This document shows positions 13,901-25,051 of a DNA stretch of 64,000 bases, piece after piece. The stretch spans positions 992,001-1,056,000 of the forward strand of contig LSRY02000029.1 in NCBI GenBank assembly GCA_001643675.2, written 5' to 3'. How positions within the stretch are numbered: position 1 is the stretch's first letter; each line of letters opens with the position of its first letter. Source of the stretch: Monocercomonoides exilis PA203 (lineage: Eukaryota > Protista > Preaxostyla). Position numbers and translations under genes: made by a program. The notes below the pieces were generated by a model. The model had not been told where the DNA came from. It saw only the letters and a program-made list of their open reading frames with translations, and did not search any database.

Positions 13901-16900
13901 ACCTCGTTCGAAGGCATTTCGCAGTGGGCAGTCGCAAAGAACATGCGCTCTGCCACAATCAGCAGACACATCCCAGGCGCCTTCTTGCCAGCACTCTTTG
14001 GACAAGCAAGCGATCTGTTGGGCGCCTCTCCTTCGATGCTGGCTGCCTCGTTTGGCACTCAGTCTGCTCTGAATGGTGTGAATGCAGCAGCAATGCTGGC
14101 GAGCATGCCAACAACAGCATCAGGAAGCTATCCATCTTCTGGCCTTCGATCTTCATTTGCTGCTTCTTCTATTTCTTCCTCTTCCTCTTCAAGCAATGCC
14201 TCCTCAGCGTTTGGTGCAATTAGCTCCATTTCAGATCTCCCGATGACATCTCCTTCATCTTGCAATACGGACAGTGTGTTGAGCAACTGTTCATTTGCCG
14301 AGTCGATCATGTCGCATCCATCAATTGAAGACAGAGACACGCTCGAATGGATGGAGAAAGTGGTGAAGGAGATGAAGCAGACAAAAGAGCAGCTTGAGGC
14401 TGACCTGCTGGAACACGCCAGGAAGCTGAAGAGGAAGTCGATGCAGCTGGCTCGAATGACAAAGATGAATGCATCGTCCACAATGTCCACTATGTCCTCT
14501 CTCGCCACCTCTGAGACAGCCAGCACTCACATCCCTGCTCCTTCCTCTTCCTCTGCCTCTTCTGCCCTTTCCTCCTCATCGTCTCCTCTTTCCTCGAGCT
14601 CAGGCACGGCCACAGGCACATCATCAGCCAATGGCAGTGGTACTCCTCTTTCACCGCGCAATGCCTCACCTGATGCTACTCCGAGTGGAATGCACATAGA
14701 CTCAGACACATCGACAATGAGGTTGAGTGCTGAGGAGATGTTTGAGATGGGGCAGAGAGGGAGGCAGAGGGGCAGTGTGGACGGGGCAGTCTCACTGAGA
14801 GGCAGTGAAGATGGGTCATACACAGAAGAAGTGATTCCATTTGCCAGACAGCGCTGGGTGGCACGGCTGGCAGCACTCTCGCTGCATCAGATGGAAGAAG
14901 TCGCTGCTCTTATGAGAGACTCTCGTATCTCCTTTGGTGATGATGCAAGCTCTTCTGCTGCATCGTCTTCTCTTTCTGGAGGAGGGATGATGAACACACC
15001 TTCATCTCAACCACCTCTTTTGTCACCAAACTCATCTCAACAGCCTTCTGCACAGAATTCCTCAAGAAAGACACCCAAACGTCCCATGCCGCGTCTCTTT
15101 GTCATTCGTTCTGATCGCTCTGGCTTTGAGCTTCTCCCCCGCTCTGCTGTCTCAAAACTTTATCCTCGTTCGAATGATCCTGTTCAGTCAGACTTCACAC
15201 GCCCCATCGTCACTCTTCCTCCTCTGATCACACAAAGCACACTCAACAACTTCAATCACCAAGAAGGAGATGGAGGAGCAGCCACACCAACTGGATCATC
15301 ATCATCTTCTTCTTCTTCTTCAATGTCTTTTTCTTCCCCTCCTTCTCCTGCTCTTGCAAGCTCCAGTCACAATCCTTCTGACACAAATGCTGGCTCATCT
15401 TCTACTGCTTCTTTCACTTCTTCATCTTCGTCAGCCTCAATTTCTTCAACAACAACAGCAACAACAACAAATACTTCATCATCATCATCTTCTTCGCCAA
15501 AAACTCTGTCAGATGTGGATGTTGCGGCCTTTGATATCATTTCATCTGTTGTCACCGATTTAACACCTCAAACTTCCTCCCAATCAGTCCAATCTTCTTC
15601 CTCTTCCTCTACTTCCTCTTCCTCTTCTCTCTCTCCACTCTCCAGCACTGCCAACATCTCTTCTCTGCGACAGAGCCAAGTGAATGAGATTGTCCGCAGA
15701 CTCTCTCAGCCTCTTCCTGCTCTCTCTGGCCATTCAGCATTGGGACTTCCTGTTGCTCTGCAGCACTTCTCCTCTTCTTCTTTGCCTTCTTCCTTTGTGG
15801 CTGCTGCAGCTGGACAAGATTTATCGTCTGCTGTGTCTTTGCTGAATGGAAATCAAACAAATGGAGAATTCAGCTCTTTTGCCCCTTCAACAAATCAGCA
15901 ATTATCTTCATCTGCGTCTCAACAGCACATCAGCACCCAAACGTCATCTCAGTCTTCATCCTCTCTTCCCCACTGGCTATCTTCTGTTGTGTTTGTGCCT
16001 TCATCCTCTTCTTTCCTGCCTGCCTCGATCGTTTCACCTGCCCGTCTTCCGCCTGAGCTCCTCTGCACAGCCGATCCACACCGCATGCCATTCGCCCAGT
16101 TCTACCAGCAGCACGCACACCCATCTAAAGTGAAGGTGGTGGAGCAGAAGACAGCAGCCGATGGGGAGAACAGTCAGAACGAAAAGGACGGTGATAAAAG
16201 CGCAGCATACACACCTTCTTCTCTTCGTGCCAGGCATTTTCGAACAGCTTCTGCATACAAATCACCAAAAGGCTCTCCCACACGCTCACCCACACGCACA
16301 CCGACCACACTGCACATCAGCAGGCAGCAGGAGAAGAGCAGAGGAGAAGAAACAGCACGCAGCCCGCAGCCGATTCAAGGCCTGTCATCACCAACACGCA
16401 GCAGCGAAACAGCAGGCAAAACAGCCTCTTCTCTTTTGGACTCACACAGCACTCGCACCAAGCGACTTCATCAGTCTGCCTTTGCCATCACACCATATCC
16501 GAATCCACCGCCTGCCCTGACCATCTGCACACCATTGATCAGGCCAGTCTCAACATCATCGTTTACTTCATCATCCTCCTCATCATCTTCAGAGCATTCA
16601 AGACATTCTGCCAAAAGACGCTCAGCAATGGTATCTTCTGCAACTTCACCGCTTTTACCACCTGTTGAGGCAATGGCAGAGGAGCAGTCATCTTCCACAA
16701 CTGACAGCATTTCTCCTTCTTCTGCATCATCATCTTCTTCTTCCACTATTAATCCTTCTCCTCTTCTCTCTGGAATCCCCGAAGAAATCAACTCGCCCAT
16801 GCCATCCTCCTCTTCCTCCATTCTTCCTCCTTCTGCTGCCATTCTCCACACAACCATCGTCCCTTGCACTTGCCCTCCAAACTCTCTGCGCTGCACCTGC

Positions 16901-19900
16901 CATCCTGTCAGCATCACAGGCAGATCTCAGCCATTCATCACATCTGCCTCGTATCAGTCCTCCACTCTCAGCAGAATCTCCTCTATGCAATCGCCTACTG
17001 GTTACAATCAGTACACTCACTCTGCATCTGACAATCTCCTCAGCTCAATTCCTTCTCCCATTGCATCTGCCAGCCCTTCAACTGCCTTCCCAACTTCTCC
17101 TTCTCTTTCCTCTCCTTCCCCAGCTGATCGGCAGATTCCTGTCTCTTCCTCTCCTCTGTCTGATAACACCTATCTCTTCTCTCAACCTCAGTGCACTTCC
17201 CTCCGCCCACTGTGGACACCTTATCATCCTGACCTCCTCCGCTTTGAGCCGCGCAACCTGAGAAAGACGTTCCTTCCGTCATATCTCGATCAGATGGGCA
17301 TCACTCGCACAGACATGCAGAGTATCATCGATGGAATGGCTCCTATTCCTCACCCACCTATCGTTTCGACTGCGCACTGTGATGATACACATTCTCATTC
17401 TCATTCTTCTTCTTCTTCTTCTTCTTCTTGCTTTACGGCTGAAAGTGGAATTAGCACTTCGAATCAATCATCACCAATCCACAGCCCCAAATCTTCACTT
17501 TCATCGTCTCTGCAATCTTCTCCTCAATCACAATCTGATCCATCTGCACAAACATCACAACTCCAGATGACTCTTGAACAGCTGCTCCAATCTGTTGAGA
17601 CACCTTCAATGACTTCTTCTGGCTCTCCTCATTCTTCCAATAGAGCAAGCATAAATATGACAAATGCATCATCTTCCTCTTCCAGCCAGTTTTCTTCAAC
17701 AGCCTCAATTGCTTTCACTCGGCAGCTTATTGAGCATCCGGCGCCTCCTCCTTTGCTTCTGCTGTTTCTGTTTGAATATCTCTCAGCTTCCACCTTCATT
17801 CTGTCAGCACGCGCAGACAAGCTGTACAGCAAGCTGAATGTGGGGCTGCATCGAGCGGTGGAGACAGCCTGGAGCACATTTGTTAGGTCAGTTGACTGGA
17901 TTGTACAGGCCTGTGCACACACACGCCTCAAGGGGACAGTACAGCAGCAGGTGATTGCTGTGGTGAAGGCGATGCTGAATGGAGATGTAAAGAAGAATTT
18001 GGAGAAGTCGAAGGAGCCAAATGAGAAGGAGAATGCGAATGACAATCGCTCAGACAAGAAAGGCGACAAAGAGAAAGCAGAAGAGCCAAAAAGGAAAGGC
18101 CGCTTTTCGTCACTTTTGAGCTCCTCCAAAGACGGCTCGTTGGGTGGACAGTCGAATATCCTGCAGACAGGCTCAGGCACCTCTTCGTCCTCTGCCTCCA
18201 GCTATGATCTTTCTCAGCTCATCAGCCAGCTGCCTTCTCTCCATCTCTCTTCGAACTCCATCAGAAATGATCCATACTTTGTGGAAGCAATGCTCACACT
18301 TGTGCGCACAGACCCTGTTCTTAGGCGTGTGGAGGAAGCCATCCAGGCACAGGAATATTCAGCTGCTCAGCTCGTTTCCGGCAAGTTCCGAGCAAACTGT
18401 GTTGTGGGAAACCCATCTTCGATGTCCCCACAACTGACACGCTCGCCACTCTCACAGACGTCTCATCTTCTTCTCCCAGCTTCAGCTGGCGTTGCTTCGC
18501 TGATGTCATCTACCAATTGTTCTGCTTCGTTTTATCCTTCATTTTCGCTTCTCTTCCCGTCGTTCAACGCATCCATTGCAACTCTTCCATCTGCATTTGC
18601 ATCTCGTGCGATCTCTCGCTTCGGAAAATGGAGAGGATGGAGCGGTTTTGGCGGATGGCGAGGAGCTGTTCATTTGCCAACAGGAGCACCGATGCCTTCC
18701 TCTCAGCAAGGGAAGACAGCTGGCGAGAAGCAAATGATCCGATTTGTTTCTTCGCTGCATCGTGAGAGAGCAGAATGTGTTGCACAGACGCAAAGACTTC
18801 TTTCACTGCCTGAGGTTGGTGGCGTCAGCAGCGCATACAATGGAGCTATTCTCGAGTGCAGCATCGCAACTGCTGCTGCAAGCAACGGTTTGTTCATCGA
18901 TGGCTATGGACTTCTGAACGATGCGCTGACGCAAAACCAAAGAGCTGTGCTTCTTTCGCAGCAAAATGACTTGGCTCTGTTCCCTCGTCAGGTCATAACC
19001 ACTCAGAATGCAGAGGGAGCAGCTGGTTCAAAACGACACTCTCGGTCATCCACAGTGGCTAAAGTGTATGGCACGTCTGGTGCTCTGAAGAAGCCTCAAA
19101 GCTCGTTCAAACTAAATGCACCTGCACAGAATCAGGCACATTCAACAGCAAGTGAAGGATCTTCAAGTGATGGTTGTGAAAAGGGAGAAGACAAGAAGAG
19201 ATCAGATGAAAGCACTTCAAGAATACAAATTGAAGAATGGATGGAGATGCAAAGGAAAGAGGAGATTCTCTACGAAAGACCAGAACCTGGCAAGAAGCTC
19301 AACTATTTCGAGTCTGCTGAAGGAATTGATGCACTTGCGAATGACACAGCCAGCATTGGAAGCCAGCGCAGTGCAACTTATGCGATGTCATCTGCCTCCA
19401 ACACACACAGATTTGTTTTGCCACCATTCGAAACACAGCCAGGCTCAGCGACAGCAAAACAGAGATCAAATCAAAACGGGAATGGACGAACTTCATCAGC
19501 CACATCGGCAAGGTCTGCATCGCAAGAGCCTTCAACCAGTCCTTCACCAGCACCTTCTGCAACTTCATCGAATGGAATGACAGGAGGAACTTCACAAACA
19601 AGAGGCGCCTCGTTTTCTGTTGTCGAGCGAGCAAAAATGGAAATTGCACTTCAACAGGTTCCCTCTCCTAATGTCACAATTGATGATGCGGCTTTCACAA
19701 GCACTGAACGAAAGAGACAAAGAAATGCGAAGTCTGCGTCGCCAACTGCATTCAACAGACTGTCAGTTCGACAGCTTCAAAGATCTTTTTCAGGAGAAGG
19801 AGATGCAGTTGATCTTTCTTCACAAAATGCCTCTTCTTCATCCTCTCGGAAGGAAATTCCTCGACTGCCAATGCTTCATTTCCTCAATCGCTCTGAACAA

Positions 19901-21064
19901 TCAACTTCTCTCACAATGCGAGAGGCTCCTCTATTCTCAACAACATCTCGTGCTGGTGAGTCATCATACAATCAGCCTGCAACAGAAAGATTGCGAGGAG
20001 GAATACAAACAACTCGTCGTGCAGCTACAAATCTTGGCTTCTATTCAGTTCAACCGAAAATCTCTTCACCAAGTGTCACACTTCCTGCTGCTCTCAACGC
20101 AACTGCTGCAACAGGAATGAAACATGGTGTGACACCACTGAACTTCGACGTTCTCCGCAAACGCGAAAACGGAAGCGAAGGAGATAGAACAAACAACGGA
20201 CTTCCTTCTGCTGCTGTCACATCAGATGGCAGGAGGGTGTCCAGTCAAATGATGGAGACAATTGGCAGACTGCAGCGTGCTGTGTGTGTATCGCCATCGA
20301 AAGCAGCGCGTATTGCCCAGCTGATGGAGAGTTCTCCAGCCGCACCTGTTCATCCACCGTCTGTGCATGTCAACGCTGTTGGTGAGCCGAGGCGGTCTCC
20401 GGTTGTTGTGAAGGAGTTTTCTAAGACGAAAGCACCATCAGAAGTGAATGTAGCACAGCTGATGACAACTGGGCTTGTTGAAAGGGAAACAAAGACATCA
20501 TCGGTTGGGCTGGCGAGAATGAAGGGAATGCCAATGAAGGACTTTGAAATAATTCCTGATTCACTCAACTTTGGTACAATTTCAAGTCTGGGCAAATACC
20601 AAATGACATTCGTTGTGAAGAACATTGGTGTGGATAGCTCTCGTTTCACTTACACTCTGTTTCCTGCAAAGGGAAGCTGCTTCCGTGTGAAAGGCGTTCC
20701 ATCACTTGTTGCGCCTGGAGTAACATATCAACTGGCTGTGGAGTGCGATGGATCAATGGCACAGACGATGCTTGCACTGAAGAATGAGCCAGCAGCTGCA
20801 CACCCGGGAATATCATCTGCAACAGTGGAGCAAGTGAATGACGAACACAACGGAGCAGCTATTTCTGTTTCGGATGTGCTGAAAGTTCAGACTCCTCTGA
20901 GTATCATTTCGTTATCTCTTCGTGCAATTATTGTTGAAGATGTTTCGCCTGCTTCACTCCGCTTGTCTCCATCAGTAAAATTTGTCAGCACGGTTGGAGA
21001 GCAATCGCATGCGCAAACAACAGATCAGTCAAATGCGACACAGCAAGCAACAATTCAGAAATAG
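1962..21064 (+). CDS. SPAG17: SPAG17/PF6-like axonemal central-pair (C1a projection) protein, ~6,330 aa, inflated by Ser-rich insertions
   Basis: Exons 1962-2117, 2179-2322 and 2366-21064 splice in frame. SPAG17-like blocks occur in the expected order: VEELPP..EDSLLV, EVERIVSGMGTSIVRLSNG..VLLANGDLS, ITTRADRVTIIQHKTGERLVHHADGTR, PRLFVIRSDRSGFELL, and a C-terminal PapD-like domain FEIIPDSLNFG..VVKNIGVDSSRF..VAPG. Confidence 0.85.
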
Positions 21065-21672
21065 TTTAAGCATTAAATTAAAATTTTCACTTTTAAGAAA
21101 GGGGAAAAAATTTTTTTTGAATTATTTAAAATAATATTGATGCCTTAAATGTTTTAATTGTTACATTGTCATAATAATAGTCTTATTTTATTTCACATTA
21201 TCGAAAATCAGTTCATTTTAACCTTTCCGTTTTGCTAATTATATTTTTTATAAAAATTTCCATTTCATCATTAACAAGAAAAATAAAAAGTTAATCAAAA
21301 ATACATCAATTCGAGAACACCATTTTTTTGTGATGAAAGAAAATAACAAATCTTCGTGCTTATTGCTTTCAAATGTTCTTGAAAAAATCAATTTATAATT
21401 ATTATATGGAATTTGTTGAGAACTCGAATAAAGACTGTTATGTTCTTGGATAAAAATAGCCTCCTTTTCTTGTCTCTACGAGGACTTTCAAAATTGTGTC
21501 ATTTGGCTCTGAACTTGTGTTGAAAAGATATTTTAAAATACATTTTCTTTGGTATTAACAAAGCTCAAAAAATCTTCATTTTTTTATCTCAAGATTGTTA
21601 TTAACAGAACTTTGAAATTATTGTGTAACTCACTCTTTATAAAAATAAACAAAAAAAATTAAGATTTATAAA

Positions 21673-22939
21673 TTACCCAAATAGTTTTGAATTATCGTCA
21701 TCATCATCGTCGTCGTCACCTCCCTTATGTTTCGCAAGAAAATCTAAAACTTGACTGGCAGAATCCTGATCATTCTTTTTCTTTCCACTTCCCTTCACCA
21801 ATGCAAACAGGTCATCATCATCGTCTCCATCGTCGTTGTGTTTATCATTTTTAGTCTCCTCTTTTGTCGAAGAACTTTCGCTCTTTTTTGATGTTAAAAA
21901 GTCGAAATCTTCATCATTGTCAAAGTCAAGATTAACTGTCTTTCCAGTTGAAGTTGGCTTTTTGGGTTCAACTTTAGGCTTTGATTGTGACTTGCTTTTC
22001 TTCTTCTTTTTGTCAGAAGTTGAAAGCAATCCATCCAATTTGGACATATCGGTCTCCAAACTGGTTAATTAGAAAGCAATTCAAAATGTCCAAAAATATT
22101 TATTTTTGATGAATAAAAAGTAAAGCAGAAATGAACAAACGATGAAATAAAATCTGTTGTGTCGGTCAACTGAGTATCCAAAAAACTTAAGTCTCTTTTC
22201 GGGCCTTCAGATCCAAGTAATTTTTGAATTGTCGTATCTCCTTTTGAATCACTAGCAAAAACGTTATAGTAGGAAATCTTATCCAACAAACAAAAAATTT
22301 TTAAATTGATACCTTTCAAACATCACCAATTGAGGTGCAGCCTTTTTCTTTGGAGATTTTTTGCTTGTTACATTCTTTTTTGTTTCTTTCAGTGCAACAA
22401 AAATATCTTCTTCATCTTCTGAATCGCTTTCGTCAAATTTTGATGATAACTTTAAAATATCTTTCGTTAAAGTTTAGTCATAAATATATAATATAATTTC
22501 TTTAAATACCTTCATCCTTTTCATCTGATGAAACATTTCTTTTCTCTTCCTTCTCTTTCTTTTCATCATTTTTTGAATTGTCTTTTGTGTCAATATTTGA
22601 TGTGTATTTCACGTTATCAGCAAGTGGATCATCGTCAACAGTTTCTTCTTCCTCTCTAAAAAGAGGCTTTTTTGTAGGCTTTTGTTTTGAGACAGTCTTT
22701 GATGATGGAAATAGGCAATCATCTTCACTTTCGTCATTCTTTGTTGGCTGCTTATTTGAATCTGATTTCAAAGTTTTTTCAATAAAACAATGAATTATAT
22801 TATAAGAAAAATAATATAAATGTTAACTTTGCTTTTTCTCTGATTGAGAAGGTTTTGAAATGTTGTTTGATTTTTCTTCACTAATTGATTCAACAGGTGC
22901 ATCTGCAGAAAGAGGATCGTAATCGTCAGAATTTTGCAT
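21673..22939 (-). CDS. Acidic/Lys-rich, probably disordered hypothetical protein, 5 exons
   Basis: ATG at 22939 (MQNSDDYDPLS). Four GT-AG introns (e.g. 22762-22827) join the ORF fragments in frame to the TAA at 21673. The protein has repeated acidic-LF motifs and ends in KLFG. Confidence 0.7.
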
Positions 22940-23083
22940 TAATGTTATTTCGTTTAATCAAAACGGTTTTTTTTAAGCCAAGCAGAAAAAAACTCTTTGA
23001 AGTTGATCTATTATATATCATTTTCTTTTGAAACGTGGTTAATTCAAAAATTCATCTTTAACAAATAAAGAAAAGAAAAGAAT

Positions 23084-24382
23084 ATGTCAAAAAGAGTAAA
23101 AGACGATTCCCAATTGACTTTTTTAAATTCGAAAAGGCCTTCGTTCGATGTTGATGTTTTTTCAGATACTAAAGATAAATCTGGATACTCAAAATATGTT
23201 GTTGGGGATGAGGAAGACGAGGATATAGTTATACCAGATAAAGCAGATTTATCTGTTGGAGATTGGAAAAGCGTAGCTCAATCTTACGGAAATGTTGATA
23301 AATTTAGAGACGAATTGGCAACAACTGCAAAGGAGCAAGATGTTTTTAAAAGTGCAAAGCCAAGGCGAATAGCAGAAAGAGAAGATTCATATCGATCAAG
23401 ATGGAGAGATAAAAAACTGAGCCCACCAAGGCAGGATCCCTTTGCAGTTAAACAAAATTCAGAAGAGAGAAGCTACAAAGACATTCTTAAAGAAACAATG
23501 CTCCAAAAAGAAAGAAAAGTTTGAAAAATTCATAATTACTATTGTTTGTATTATTTTCTTTAACACTATTCATTCAGGAGCTTTATAAGAAAATTGATGA
23601 TGAAAAACGAAAATCAAATGAAAAAACAATAACGGATGATGAAAGACGAAAAGTATTCGAAAATTTTTTGATCATTAACTTTTTATGAATTTTTCGATAT
23701 TACGTTTTAGATTGCGGAAGATCTAATTAGGAAGGCCAAAGAAATAGCATCTAATCAGAAAAAAGATCAGGAGGAGCAAACTCCCAGAAGTACTTCAAGA
23801 TGGGACACTGCTGGCGATTCTGTAAAAGACTCTGATAAAATGAAGCAAAAAGGGCGATCTTCAATGCGGAAAGAGATGCTGGAAAGAAGCGGATTCAAAG
23901 TGCCTCTCGATGCAGTTGTAGGAGAGCCAAGCAAATGGGTTGTGAACGTGTTGAGGAAGGGAATATTCCTCAACAAGCATCAGTTCCCACCATCATCTCA
24001 GACACACACTTCATCCACTTCACCTTCTTCATACGATGATTTCATGCTTTTTGGGCGCAATGATGAAGTTTGCGATGTTCACACAGACGATGTGTCATGC
24101 TCCAGAATCCATGCTGTGCTTCTCTTCAGGCACATTCACAATGAATCCAAGCGAACCTCCTTCAAACACGATCCCAGCGCCTTGCTATTTTCAGATGTTG
24201 AACAGAAAGAGGAAGGAAAAGAGGAGGATAGAATTGTTCCATGCATTTGTGACAATGGCAGCACAAATCAAACGTTTCTGAATGGAAGAGCGCTTCCTCC
24301 TCACACATTTGTGGAGGTGAGGGCAGGTGACATTCTGACTTTCGGCACTTTGGAAGAAGATTTTGAAATACAAAATAAATGA
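23084..24382 (+). CDS. Chimeric splicing factor: SF3B1(SAP155) N-terminal region fused to a SNIP1/Pml1-like FHA domain, 393 aa, 3 exons
   Basis: Exons 23084-23518, 23578-23652 and 23711-24382 are joined by phase-0 GT-AG introns of 59 and 58 nt. The N-terminal part RRIAEREDSYRSR..LSPPRQDPFA..RSYKDILKETMLQKERKEL..SRWD resembles SF3B1. The C-terminal part LFGRN..CDVHTDDVSCSRIHAVLLFR..DNGSTNQTFLNG..GDILTFG is an FHA domain. Confidence 0.85.
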
Positions 24383-25051
24383 TAAATGAAATGTTTCTTT
24401 TAGAACCCATATACAAAACGGTTTATTCGACTTTACTCAGTCTTGTTTTTTGTTCCCAAAAATTGCAGAACATATTTCATGAAATTGAGAACACAGAAAA
24501 ATTAAGAGCAAAAGAAATTGGTCCAAACAAAATATTGTTACAAACATTTCACGCATATCGCAGTATTTTGTTGTTATCCAAACAAACGTCAAACAGAATC
24601 GAAATGAAAAACTACTATTTAAAGATATTTCATTTACAATTTCACGTAATATAGAAGAACAATAAAAAGAAATGCGAAAAAGCCAAATTGCTAATTGCTC
24701 TGCTATTATCCAAAGAAATGGAGCTCAATAAACTCTCAAAAACAATAAACACAAATTTAAATAAAAGCAGTTTGAGTTCGATGAAAATTATAAAATGCAG
24801 AATAACTTCAAGAAAAAGAAGTTAAAAACGAAAAGCACTCAAAAAATAGGATATAAATCTAATCAATCTTAAACAGCAAAATTATACTCAAATTTTTAAA
24901 TAGATTTGCCATCAACCGAAGTATGGCATGAAAGAATCAGAACCAAAAAAAAGAAAATCCATTTAGAAAAACCACAAATAAAATGATAACAAAATTGGAC
25001 TATGTTTAGCAAGTGTCAGCACGCCTTGCCAGAAAAGTTATCAAAATACTC

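Noticed and set aside
24379-24654. 91-aa ORF downstream of the FHA gene as a continuation of SF3B1
   Set aside because: It is AT-rich UTR-like sequence with no HEAT-repeat similarity, and the FHA domain ends normally at the TGA at 24382.
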